Program-made: the position numbers and the translations under genes
Shown here: positions 20,937-30,324 of the stretch, piece after piece
Layout of the letters: every line of letters starts with the position of its first letter
How positions within the stretch are numbered: position 1 is the first letter of the stretch
Origin: Bacteroidaceae bacterium
Lineage (GTDB): Bacteria > Pseudomonadota > Gammaproteobacteria > Burkholderiales > Burkholderiaceae_F
NCBI GenBank assembly: GCA_963652725.1
Contig: CAVJUW010000003.1
Location: 403-64,402, forward strand
Length of the DNA: 64,000 nt
Direction of reading: 5' to 3'
The notes under the pieces: generated by a model
What the model saw: the letters and a program-made list of their open reading frames with translations, nothing else
What the model was told of the DNA's origin: nothing
Databases searched by the model: none

Positions 20937-21359
20937 ATGTCTGAACTTGTCTTAGCACGCGATAAAAAGATTGAACTGCGCTCACAGGCGCACCACGTGA
21001 CGTTTTCCGTTCTTGTGGGCGCTTCTGGGTTAACAGATGCAGTAATTAAAGAAGTTGACCGAGCTCTTGCCGCCCACGGCCTTATTAAGGTTCATGTTGC
21101 AGGAGACGATAGAGAAGAAAGAGTCGAGTTTTACGCCAAACTTGCCGATGCGCTCAATGCCGCACGCATTCAAGCCATTGGGAAAACGCTTGTTCTTTAT
21201 CGCCCTGTTGAAGAAAAGAAAGAAAGCGCGCCCGAGCGTAAAGCGCCAGTAAAGAAAAAGAGAGCTCCGAAAAAGGGACAAAAGGCACCGACTCGCGCCA
21301 AGAAAACCCGCGCAGGCGCAAGAAGCCGCGTCACAAAGAAAAAAGCGCTGACCAACTAG
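20937..21359 (+). CDS. yhbY: YhbY/CRM-domain RNA-binding protein with basic C-terminal tail
   Basis: LRSQAHH, AL.AHGLIKV, IGKTLVLYR; divergent from rlmE. Confidence 0.88.
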   Translation: MSELVLARDKKIELRSQAHHVTFSVLVGASGLTDAVIKEVDRALAAHGLIKVHVAGDDREERVEFYAKLADALNAARIQAIGKTLVLYRPVEEKKESAPERKAPVKKKRAPKKGQKAPTRAKKTRAGARSRVTKKKALTN

Positions 21360-21367
21360 AATCGCTC

Positions 21368-22024
21368 ATGAAACGAGGCCTCCTACTTTTCGATCTTGAT
21401 GGGACGATTCTCGATACGGCACCTGACTTATGTGAGGCGGCTAATTTTTTGCGTCGACAAAAAAATTTGGAACCACTTCCTTACGAAATGCTTCGCCCTT
21501 ATGCAGGAACTGGCGCGAGAGGCTTAGTGAAAGCGGCGTTACAAGTGGAGCCAGATAAGCCCGAGTACCCCCATCTTCGTGAGGCCTTTTTAACCTACTA
21601 CGCTAGCCATATGTCAGATATGTCACGGCCCTTTCCTGGGATTCTTGAGGCCTTAAGTGCGGCAAGTCAAATGGGGTTTTCTTGGGGCATTGTGACCAAT
21701 AAGGCGATGAGGCTTGCTAAGCCCTTAGTCGAAAAGTTTTTTTCTGCTGCCCCCACGTGCTCTTGCCTTGTTGCTGGAGACAGCGCCCCAAAAATGAAGC
21801 CCAATCCCGATACCATACTGATGGCTTTAAAAATAGCTGGCTTTAGCGCCAATAACGCTTTGTACTTTGGGGATGAAGAGCGCGATATGGTTGCCGCAAA
21901 TGCCGCAGGAGTGGGTTCCGTTGCCGTTTTGTGGGGTTACGGAAAGAGCGTTAGCAACTCGGGAAAAGCCACAATTGCCAAAATTAATGAGATTCCGCAG
22001 CTTGCCGCAAAGCTTCTTAGTTAG
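21368..22024 (+). CDS. HAD-IA phosphatase (Gph/MupP-like)
   Basis: FDLDGTILDTAPDL, WGIVTNK, KPNP, GDEERD. Confidence 0.8.
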   Translation: MKRGLLLFDLDGTILDTAPDLCEAANFLRRQKNLEPLPYEMLRPYAGTGARGLVKAALQVEPDKPEYPHLREAFLTYYASHMSDMSRPFPGILEALSAASQMGFSWGIVTNKAMRLAKPLVEKFFSAAPTCSCLVAGDSAPKMKPNPDTILMALKIAGFSANNALYFGDEERDMVAANAAGVGSVAVLWGYGKSVSNSGKATIAKINEIPQLAAKLLS

Positions 22025-22036
22025 GTCCTCTTTCTC

Positions 22037-24055
22037 TTACTTTCCAACAAACACATAGCGCTTTAGCGCCTCAAGCTTGTCACGCAAGAGAGCTGCCTGC
22101 TCAAAATCGAGGTCTTTAGCGCAAGCGAGCATCTTCTTTTCTGTCTCTCGTATGGCTTTTGCGACAGCCGCAGGATCGTCGGGATTAACCTCAGTGACTG
22201 AAACCGAGGCGATGTCTTTACCCGCTCCTGGCTTATACACACCATCGATGATGTCTCTAACTTCCTTAACCACGGTGCGTGGCGTAATGCCATGCTCTTT
22301 GTTGTATTCGGTTTGCTTGGTGCGGCGTCGCTCGGTTTCCTCAATCGCGCCTTTCATGGAGTCGGTAATGGTATCTGCGTAGAGGATCGCCTTGCCGTTT
22401 ACGTTGCGCGCTGCGCGACCAATCGTTTGAATCAGAGACCGCGTTGAGCGTAGGAACCCTTCTTTATCCGCATCGAGAATTGCCACAAGTGTCACCTCGG
22501 GCATATCGAGTCCCTCGCGCAAAAGGTTAATCCCTACAAGAACATCAAAGACGCCGGCTCGAAGGTCACGAATAATCTCAACGCGCTCAACGGTATCCAC
22601 ATCTGAGTGTAAGTAGCGCACCTTCACCTTATGCTCATCAAGAAAGTTGGTGAGTTCTTCTGCCATCTTCTTTGTGAGTGTCGTTATTAAAACGCGTTCG
22701 TGGCGTGCGACGCGCTCTCGGATTTCATCTAAAACGTCATCGACCTGTGTGGCAGCGGGCCTTACCTCTAACTCAGGGTCGACCAACCCTGTCGGTCGCA
22801 CAAGCTGCTCGACAACCTGCGAGCTATGCGTTAATTCATACTCAGCAGGAGTGGCCGATACGAAAATCGAGCGACGCATCTTGCGCTCGAATTCATCAAA
22901 GCGAAGCGGCCTGTTATCTAAAGCAGACGGCAGGCGAAACCCATAATTGACAAGCGTCTCTTTTCTCGAGCGGTCCCCGCGATACATGCCTCTTAACTGC
23001 CCGACTAAAACATGGCTCTCATCGAAAAACATCAGTGCGTCATTTGGTAGGTAATCAATCAAGCACGGTGGCGCCTCCCCAGGATTTAATCCCGTTAAGT
23101 GGCGCGAATAGTTTTCGATTCCCTTACAAAAGCCCACCTGATCGAGCATCTCTAAGTCAAAAAGCGTTCGCTGCTGTAAGCGCTGTGCTTCAACGAGCTT
23201 GCCTTCAGCCTCGAGCTCTTTGGTTCTTTCGGTTAACTCAGCCTTAATCGTGTCAATTGCATGAAGGACAATGTTTCTTGGGGTAACGTAATGGCTTGCT
23301 GGGTAAACAACAAAACGAGGCACCTTTTGAATGATTTTCCCTGTTAGAGGATCAAAAAGAGAAATTGTGTCGACCTCATCATCAAAAAGTTCAATGCGAA
23401 CGGCCACTTCTGAGTGTTCAGCAGGAAAGACATCAATTAAATCGCCCCTGACACGAAAAACGCCACGGGAAAACTCCATATCGTTACGTCGATACTGCAT
23501 TTTCACCAACTGAGAAACAATCGCCGATCTCTCCTTGGTATCGCCCTCACGCAAAATAAGGCGCATCTCCGTGTAGCTTTCTGGTTTACCGATACCGTAA
23601 ATAGCCGATACCGTTGCCACAACAATCGTGTCACGGCGCTCGAGAATGCTTTTTGAGGCAGCCAATCGCATCTGCTCAATGTGTTCGTTAATCGCAGCGT
23701 CTTTTTCGATAAAAAGGTCGCGCGCGGGAACATAGGCCTCTGGCTGATAGTAGTCGTAGTAACTGACGAAATACTCAACCGCATTATTGGGGAAGAATTC
23801 ACGCATCTCTGAGTAAAGCTGCGCGGCAAGCGTCTTATTCGGAGCCATCACAAGAGCGGGAACCCCAGTTCTAGCAATGACATTGGCCATCGTAAAGGTC
23901 TTACCAGAACCCGTAACACCAAGAAGGGTTTGCTTGGCAAGCCCCTCTTGAACGCCTTCGGCTAATTTGTCGATTGCCTCTTGCTGATCGCCCGCAGGAT
24001 CATAAGGAGCATGCAACTCAAAAGGAGAATGAGCAAAAGTCAGAACTTTGGCCAT
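22037..24055 (-). CDS. uvrB: Excinuclease ABC subunit B
   Basis: [40 protein letters not shown]-terminal FEQAA.LRD. Confidence 0.98.
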   Translation of the reverse strand: MAKVLTFAHSPFELHAPYDPAGDQQEAIDKLAEGVQEGLAKQTLLGVTGSGKTFTMANVIARTGVPALVMAPNKTLAAQLYSEMREFFPNNAVEYFVSYYDYYQPEAYVPARDLFIEKDAAINEHIEQMRLAASKSILERRDTIVVATVSAIYGIGKPESYTEMRLILREGDTKERSAIVSQLVKMQYRRNDMEFSRGVFRVRGDLIDVFPAEHSEVAVRIELFDDEVDTISLFDPLTGKIIQKVPRFVVYPASHYVTPRNIVLHAIDTIKAELTERTKELEAEGKLVEAQRLQQRTLFDLEMLDQVGFCKGIENYSRHLTGLNPGEAPPCLIDYLPNDALMFFDESHVLVGQLRGMYRGDRSRKETLVNYGFRLPSALDNRPLRFDEFERKMRRSIFVSATPAEYELTHSSQVVEQLVRPTGLVDPELEVRPAATQVDDVLDEIRERVARHERVLITTLTKKMAEELTNFLDEHKVKVRYLHSDVDTVERVEIIRDLRAGVFDVLVGINLLREGLDMPEVTLVAILDADKEGFLRSTRSLIQTIGRAARNVNGKAILYADTITDSMKGAIEETERRRTKQTEYNKEHGITPRTVVKEVRDIIDGVYKPGAGKDIASVSVTEVNPDDPAAVAKAIRETEKKMLACAKDLDFEQAALLRDKLEALKRYVFVGK

Positions 24056-24204
24056 GTAGCTTTAAAACTTCCATCCAAATAACGAAAACGAATTCGAATA
24101 CTATGCCACGAGCACGATACATTTGGCAATAGTTTTGACTGCGGCAAATTCCATTTGGGCGATACAATGGTGAGCCATGGTGATTTGACCGATAAACCAC
24201 ATCT

Positions 24205-25689
24205 ATGAGCGATACGACCTTAACCGTTACCTTAGAAGACGCCCGACGCATTCTCTACGCGAAAGCGCTTGAGGAGTCTGACTCTTGGGATAAAACGAAA
24301 AGCGCGGCTGTTAGCCAAACCATCGCGCGTCGCTTAGGGGAATCGGCTCGAGCGGAAACCTTTTTAAAAGAGCGCGCCGCAGCCATTTTCGAGGCCGCGA
24401 GTCTTAGTCATACCGAGGCGCTAACAAAAGAAAAAGGCCTTTCTTTTGGCGTTTTTGCCTCTTTAGCATTCCTTATCTCTTTTGCCGCAGGGGCGCTTAC
24501 CGATAAGCTTAGTTCAAGCGCGGCCTTTATTAACCTCTTGTCGTTTCCGTTTTGGGGTGTAATCGCGTGGAATCTTTTAATTTACATCGTGCTTTTCTTA
24601 GGCGCCATTGGGATACTAAGGAAACCCCTTTTTCCGATTCGACAAATGCTCACAAGCCTTCGCTTAGCGCGTTTGCCGTTTTTTTCAGGACACAGAAAGA
24701 CTGAGGCCGCCTTTCGGGCGAGCCTAGCTGAGATTTCGACTCCGATTTACAAAAAAGAAACAACCGCACTTTTGCATCTAGCGGCCATTGCCTTTGCTTT
24801 GGGTCTTATTGCAAGCATGGCTCTTAGAGGCTTTTCCACGGCCTTTGTCGTTGGCTGGGAAAGCACTTGGTTTGCAGAAAACGTCGCTGCCGTCAAAAAC
24901 TTTATCGATTGGACCTATGGCTTAGTGCCAGCAATAGGGCCTATTACAGAGCTTCCGGATTTATCTCTTTTAGAGTCAATTCGCGCCGATCGCCTTCCTT
25001 ATCTTCAGGAATCGGTTTCTGCTGCTCCTTGGTTACTGCGCATGATGGTTCTTTTGACCGTTTTCGTGATTTTCCCGCGTCTTGTGTTGCTCCTTATGAC
25101 ATTGGTGGGCATAGGCTATAGCAAACACCACCTGAAACTTAACGCAGAAGACCCCTACTTTTCTCAAGTACTACGCTATGGGAAAGAATCGATTTCTCTT
25201 GGCGCACTTGAATTTGTCACGGGACTCAAAGGGTCCGATGCCACACACGCAAGCCTTGCGGAACTTTCCTCTTTGTGGGGAAATACGCAATTGCGTGTTC
25301 ATAGAATTGATATGGACGAACCGCCTTTTGAATTGCCCAAAGTCGAGGTAAGTCCCGTACGCACTGTCGTAGCTCTTGTCTTAGATGGTACCGCAACAGC
25401 CGAAGAAGAGCTCGCTGGGGCTCTTTTTCAAAAAGCTCACGAAGCAATGGAAAACCGCGAAGACCTCCTTTATGCCGCCCTTTTGGATATGAGGCGTTTT
25501 TCTCTTCGCTCAAAAGTCTATCCAGAGCGTCTTACCGAAAGAAAAGAAACGTGGACTCACTTTGCAACGCAACACGGTATCACGCTCTTTTTCTTAGAAG
25601 AGAAACCTTTAGAGCTCGTGAGAAGTATGCGAGAATGGGCCTCATCTTATGCTCCAAAGGTAGCTAAAGCTCTAGCAGGACCCGTGTGA
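24205..25689 (+). CDS. Membrane protein, DUF2868-like
   Basis: About four TM segments, GWESTW motif and PRL motif in the last TM segment; coupled to the downstream GTPase. Confidence 0.65.
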   Translation: MSDTTLTVTLEDARRILYAKALEESDSWDKTKSAAVSQTIARRLGESARAETFLKERAAAIFEAASLSHTEALTKEKGLSFGVFASLAFLISFAAGALTDKLSSSAAFINLLSFPFWGVIAWNLLIYIVLFLGAIGILRKPLFPIRQMLTSLRLARLPFFSGHRKTEAAFRASLAEISTPIYKKETTALLHLAAIAFALGLIASMALRGFSTAFVVGWESTWFAENVAAVKNFIDWTYGLVPAIGPITELPDLSLLESIRADRLPYLQESVSAAPWLLRMMVLLTVFVIFPRLVLLLMTLVGIGYSKHHLKLNAEDPYFSQVLRYGKESISLGALEFVTGLKGSDATHASLAELSSLWGNTQLRVHRIDMDEPPFELPKVEVSPVRTVVALVLDGTATAEEELAGALFQKAHEAMENREDLLYAALLDMRRFSLRSKVYPERLTERKETWTHFATQHGITLFFLEEKPLELVRSMREWASSYAPKVAKALAGPV

Positions 25690-27113
25690 TGCCAAACGAT
25701 AGCCTTCGTATTCATCTTAGCCTCGTAAGCCATACAAATATTGGCAAGACGACGCTTGCCCGCACACTTTTGGGGCGCGATGTGGGCGAAGTCGCCGACC
25801 GTGCGCATGTCACAGAAACCACAGATGAATTCGTTCTTGCAAGAAACGCCGAGGGCTGCGAGCTTGTTCTTTGGGACACCCCTGGGTTCGGTAACTCGGT
25901 TGCCCTCGCTAAGCGCCTTGAAGGACGTAAGAACCCAGTTGGGTGGTTCCTTTCTGAAGTGTGGGATCGCTTTTCCAATAAAGCGCAGTGGCTTAACCAA
26001 AAAGCGCTCAAACACGTGAAAGAAACCTCTAACGTCGTGCTTTATCTTGTGAATGCCGCAGAGCTTCCCGATGAAGCCACCTACGTTAAAGCCGAGATGC
26101 ATATTCTCACCTGGATTGAAAAACCCGTCATTGTGTTACTCAATCAGATGGGAAAACCCCGCCCCGCGCAAGAAGAAGCCCTTGATGTCGCCCGTTGGAA
26201 TGAAGCGATGCGCGAATGGCCTATCGTGAAAAAAGTCCTTCCGATGGACGCGTTTGCACGTTGCTGGGTGCAGGAATTCACTCTTTTTGATGCGATTGGT
26301 TCAGCGCTAAACGAAGAAGCGAAAAGCGCCTTTGAGTCGCTACGAGAAACGTGGTCACGACAAAGAAGAGCCGCGTATTCAGCGAGCCTTCAGGCCCTGA
26401 TGCACACACTCGAATGCATCATTAACGACAAAGAAGCGACAAACGATATTACCTTTGCCTATCAGCTTCGCACTTTAGGCAAACGCTTAAAGTTATTAAA
26501 AGATAAAGACGACGCGCAAGACCCGTTAAAAGCAGCGCAAACCGCCCTTTGCGCTAGAGCAACGGATGCGTTTTGCGACTTAACAGACAAATTGATTGCG
26601 GCCAATCGCTTACGTGGCAAGGGTGTGAAAAAAGAGCTCTTTGAGCGACTTCAAAGCGACTGGGATATCACAAGTTCGATGAAACCGACGAATGCAGCGA
26701 TTGCAGGAGCCGTCGGCTCTGGTGCTGTCGGAGGCATTGCCGCTGATCTCTCCACTGGGGGCATTTCCCTGGGACTTGGAACGCTCATTGGTAGTGTCTT
26801 GGGTGCTTTGGGTGGCGTAGGTCTTGCGATTGCCTACAACACAAGGCGTGATGCGAAAGAAGGTACCGTTGTCGCGTGGTCAGACACCGCTATTCGTAAC
26901 TTTGCGCTTGAAGCACTGTTACTCTATTTAGCTGTTGCGCACTTCGGTCGAGGTCGAGGCGATTGGAAAGAAGGCGAATGTCCTGACTTTTGGCGCACGA
27001 TGCTCATGAAAGCGCTCGAAAAGCAAAAAAGCGAAATCCAATATCTTCCGATTATGCTCGATAGCATTTTGCGGCGCGTTCTCTCTGAGCTTTATCCAGA
27101 CGCGACGTTCTAG
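25686..27113 (+). CDS. P-loop GTPase with DUF3482-like C-terminal domain
   Basis: G1 VSHTNIGKTT, G2 HVT, G3 DTPG, G4-like NQMG, helical middle region, Gly/Ala-rich hydrophobic hairpin, HFGRGRG. Start is GTG 25686 or ATG 25689, both overlapping the upstream stop. Confidence 0.75.
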   Translation: MMPNDSLRIHLSLVSHTNIGKTTLARTLLGRDVGEVADRAHVTETTDEFVLARNAEGCELVLWDTPGFGNSVALAKRLEGRKNPVGWFLSEVWDRFSNKAQWLNQKALKHVKETSNVVLYLVNAAELPDEATYVKAEMHILTWIEKPVIVLLNQMGKPRPAQEEALDVARWNEAMREWPIVKKVLPMDAFARCWVQEFTLFDAIGSALNEEAKSAFESLRETWSRQRRAAYSASLQALMHTLECIINDKEATNDITFAYQLRTLGKRLKLLKDKDDAQDPLKAAQTALCARATDAFCDLTDKLIAANRLRGKGVKKELFERLQSDWDITSSMKPTNAAIAGAVGSGAVGGIAADLSTGGISLGLGTLIGSVLGALGGVGLAIAYNTRRDAKEGTVVAWSDTAIRNFALEALLLYLAVAHFGRGRGDWKEGECPDFWRTMLMKALEKQKSEIQYLPIMLDSILRRVLSELYPDATF

Positions 27114-27121
27114 CATCCTAC

Positions 27122-28255
27122 TTAAAGACGCTGTTGTTCTTTTAAGAGCTTGAACTGATGGCAGGCTGCGAGCCGATAGTATTTCGCGGCATCAGTCATC
27201 GCGCTTTTCAAATTCGGAGCGAATTGCGAAACTTCAATAACGCTTTTTAGTCCGAGTCGAACTATTTCATCTGCTCCCGGGCCTTTTTGACCGACAATGG
27301 CAAAAACAGGAATGCCTTTCTCGTTTGCATGCTTTAAAACGCCCGAGATAACTTTTCCGTGTGCCGACTGCCAATCCAATCGCCCTTCTCCCGTAATGAG
27401 AAGCTGAGCTCCCTCAATTTTGCGGTCAAAATCGACAAGCGACAGAACAGTTTCTATGCCAGATTTCAGTTGGGCGCCAAGAAAAACCTTCAACGCGTAG
27501 CCTAAGCCACCTGCTGTTCCTGCCCCCTTAAAATCCTCCGCCTTCTCAAATCGGTGCCGTGAGATCTCCAAAAAATGGCACATCCCGCGTTCCAAAGCCT
27601 CAATTGCTCTCTTATCTGCCCCTTTCTGCGGTCCATATGTATATGTTGCCCCATTGGGACCAGTAAGAGGACTGTCCACATCGCTCATCACAACAATTGG
27701 AACGGACTTAAGAAGAGGCTCAACATAACGCGTATCGATGCGTTCGATTCGGGACAAATCGCTTGCGATTCCCTTTAGCAGTTTTTCGTTTTGATCGTAA
27801 AACCGATACCCCAAAGCAGATAGCGCCCCAAGTCCCCCATCATTCGTCGCACTTCCCCCGATTCCGATGATGATTTTCCGAGCGCCGTGGGTAAGGGCAG
27901 CTTTGATTAATTCTCCAGTTCCATAGGTATTGGCCTGCATCAGTAAATCAGGACAATGTTCGATCAGTGAGAAGCCTGAGGCTTGCGCCATTTCCATGAC
28001 GGCAGTTTGGTCATCTAGCATAAAAAATTGCGCATTGATGGCCTCTCCCAATGGATTTTTCACCTTAACGACGTGCCATCTACCTGAGAGCTCCCTACTG
28101 AGAGCTTCGATAGTGCCTTCGCCCCCATCCCCGAGAGATACAGAAACACAGTCTGCGTTCGGAAAATATTCCTTTGCGACCTCAGTCAGTATTTGGTGAA
28201 TCGCTGAAGAACTCAAAGTTCCTTTGAAAGAATCGGAAGCGAATACGAATTTCAT
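27122..28255 (-). CDS. Glycerate kinase (GlxK/GarK family)
   Basis: DSFKG, DGGEGT, GGSATNDGG, YGPQKGA, TGEGRLD. Confidence 0.92.
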   Translation of the reverse strand: MKFVFASDSFKGTLSSSAIHQILTEVAKEYFPNADCVSVSLGDGGEGTIEALSRELSGRWHVVKVKNPLGEAINAQFFMLDDQTAVMEMAQASGFSLIEHCPDLLMQANTYGTGELIKAALTHGARKIIIGIGGSATNDGGLGALSALGYRFYDQNEKLLKGIASDLSRIERIDTRYVEPLLKSVPIVVMSDVDSPLTGPNGATYTYGPQKGADKRAIEALERGMCHFLEISRHRFEKAEDFKGAGTAGGLGYALKVFLGAQLKSGIETVLSLVDFDRKIEGAQLLITGEGRLDWQSAHGKVISGVLKHANEKGIPVFAIVGQKGPGADEIVRLGLKSVIEVSQFAPNLKSAMTDAAKYYRLAACHQFKLLKEQQRL

Positions 28256-28460
28256 AAGAATCTCAAATATACCGTTGTTCTTTTACATTACCACTTTTAT
28301 TTCGAAAAACTCTTTTGGGCAGAAACCCTAGTGCATTCCCTATGAGTGTAGAGCGGTGTAGAAAAGAACGTAATTAGCCTTTGATAAAATTGCCTTCGCC
28401 TACAACCGTCAAAAACGATGAGCACGGTCGTGGCACAAGAAACAATAAGGAACTTTTATC

Positions 28461-29363
28461 ATGCCCGACATTTTTTCTATGACCGGATACGCTAACGCAC
28501 AAGGTGAAACCGCCTTGGGGTTAGTTAGCATTGAAGTCCGAAGCGTCAATTCCCGTTTTTTAGATCTCGTTGTTCGCATTCCTGACGAATTGCGAAGCAC
28601 AGAACCCGTTTTAAGAGAAACATTGAGAAGCCGCGTCACACGCGGCAAAGTCGAGTGCCGTGTGACGCTTAAGGCAGACGATGCGACGATAGGCGCCAAG
28701 TTAAACGAAGCGTCTCTCGCGAAACTTAAAGTACTTCAAAAGGAAATTCTCGCGTCTTTACCTGAGGCCAAACCCCTTTCTGTGCAAGAAGTGCTTCTTT
28801 ACCCTGGGGTTCTTTCCGCAGCAGAAATTGATGAAGAAAAATTGCACGCCGATGTTTTAGCAATTCTTGATAAGGCCCTTCTTTCCTTTGAAAGTAATCG
28901 CGCACGAGAAGGAAAAGCGTTAAAGGCTGTCTTAGAAACGTATTGCGATACGATTGATGCCACAGTCGAAAAGTTAAAGCCACAATTGCCGCTTATTCTT
29001 GAGGCGATCAAAGAAAAGATGAACGAGCGCCTTACTGAAGCGCTTGAAGCGCCTTTAGCAAAAGCCTCCGAACTCACGCGCGAAGAAATCGGCGAACGCA
29101 TCCAAACTGAACTCACGCTTTACGCCCTAAAGATGGATGTCGATGAAGAAATGAATCGACTCTTAACGCATACAAAGGAAGTGCGTCATATTTTGACTTC
29201 TGGGGGCTCTGTGGGTCGTAAGCTTGATTTTCTGATGCAAGAACTCAATCGCGAGGCCAATACCTTAGGCTCAAAAGCTGCGGCAATCGAAATGACCGAT
29301 ACGTCCTTGACGCTTAAGCTCGCCATCGAACAGATGCGCGAGCAGATTCAGAACTTAGCTTAA
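28461..29363 (+). CDS. yicC: YicC/YloC family endoribonuclease
   Basis: SMTGY, EVRSVNSRFLD, RGKVE, GRKLDFLMQELNREANTLGSK, EQMREQIQN. Confidence 0.95.
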   Translation: MPDIFSMTGYANAQGETALGLVSIEVRSVNSRFLDLVVRIPDELRSTEPVLRETLRSRVTRGKVECRVTLKADDATIGAKLNEASLAKLKVLQKEILASLPEAKPLSVQEVLLYPGVLSAAEIDEEKLHADVLAILDKALLSFESNRAREGKALKAVLETYCDTIDATVEKLKPQLPLILEAIKEKMNERLTEALEAPLAKASELTREEIGERIQTELTLYALKMDVDEEMNRLLTHTKEVRHILTSGGSVGRKLDFLMQELNREANTLGSKAAAIEMTDTSLTLKLAIEQMREQIQNLA

Positions 29364-30007
29364 GCCCCTTTCAAGAACCGGCACAAATGTGGGCGAATCG
29401 CAGGACTCAGTTTCTTTACGAGATAGCCCACAGCGAACGCTGAAATAAGCGTTCCCTCGCGGATTCCCACGGGAGCACCTAAAACAAGGAAGCCTAAAAG
29501 GGCTGAGAAAATAACCGTTAACACATCAAAGGCAATTTTGAGTGTTCCAAAGTTGCCTTTGAAGGTAAGCGCCAGTGCAAGCACGAATCCGTCAGCAGGC
29601 ATCATGGAAATGTCTGCCACTAAAAGTGCAATAAGCCCCAATGCCAAAAAGAGGTTGGAAAAGGTACTTAACGCTAGATTGATTAGGTAGCTATCGCCAA
29701 AGACGATCCCCACCCAGTGCATGTTGACATCGATAAAGAGACCAAAAAGAAAAACCAGCGGGATTTGCACAAGACTCACGGCTCGAAATCGGCTACGTAA
29801 GACAAGAATCTGAAATCCAACAAAGACGACATTCACGAAAAATGTCGCCACTCCAAGAGAAACGCCAAAGATTTCTCCTGAAACAAGAGGCAGAGCTGAT
29901 ACGGGTGTTGTTCCAACGCGAGCGCTAACGAGAGCGGCAATGCCAAGCGCCATCAAAAACATGCCAATAAGCAAAAGAATGATGCGCCGAAAAAGGTGAT
30001 GCGTCAT
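29360..30007 (-). CDS. YczE/YitT-like integral membrane protein
   Basis: About six TM helices, GTTPVS, KIAFD, GIREGT motif. Confidence 0.75.
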   Translation of the reverse strand: MTHHLFRRIILLLIGMFLMALGIAALVSARVGTTPVSALPLVSGEIFGVSLGVATFFVNVVFVGFQILVLRSRFRAVSLVQIPLVFLFGLFIDVNMHWVGIVFGDSYLINLALSTFSNLFLALGLIALLVADISMMPADGFVLALALTFKGNFGTLKIAFDVLTVIFSALLGFLVLGAPVGIREGTLISAFAVGYLVKKLSPAIRPHLCRFLKGA

Positions 30008-30324
30008 AAAAGAGAGCTTTTTGCCTTTTTTTGCTCAGAAGTTTCTTTTTCTCGGATTTCTTCCCACGCATCAAGAAGCATCCAATAAAAATGCAATCCC
30101 ACGAGAGTGACCATATGAAACTCTTCTTCATTAGTCACCCAGGGAAAGGCGCGAGCTAGGCGAATCGTTCCGAATTGCCCGATTGCAGCAAAAGCTTTAA
30201 CAATGGCCTCTTCATCTTCTTTTTTCTTCGGGTCAAAGTGAAGAAGTTCGCAAGCCTTTTCAAAGTTTTCGACACTTGCTAAGGCGCGACTGACATACAT
30301 GGCGCAGTACTTACAACTCATCAT
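30004..30324 (-). CDS. Hypothetical protein (106 aa)
   Basis: ORF fills the gap exactly, with 4-bp overlaps to both neighbours; N-terminal CxxC; no recognised family. Confidence 0.65.
   Translation of the reverse strand: MMSCKYCAMYVSRALASVENFEKACELLHFDPKKKEDEEAIVKAFAAIGQFGTIRLARAFPWVTNEEEFHMVTLVGLHFYWMLLDAWEEIREKETSEQKKAKSSLL

Noticed and set aside
24056..24204. LexA box or sRNA upstream of uvrB
   Set aside because: No CTGT-N8-ACAG and no convincing structure seen
28321..28343. CCCTA direct repeat between glycerate kinase and yicC
   Set aside because: Too short to distinguish from chance
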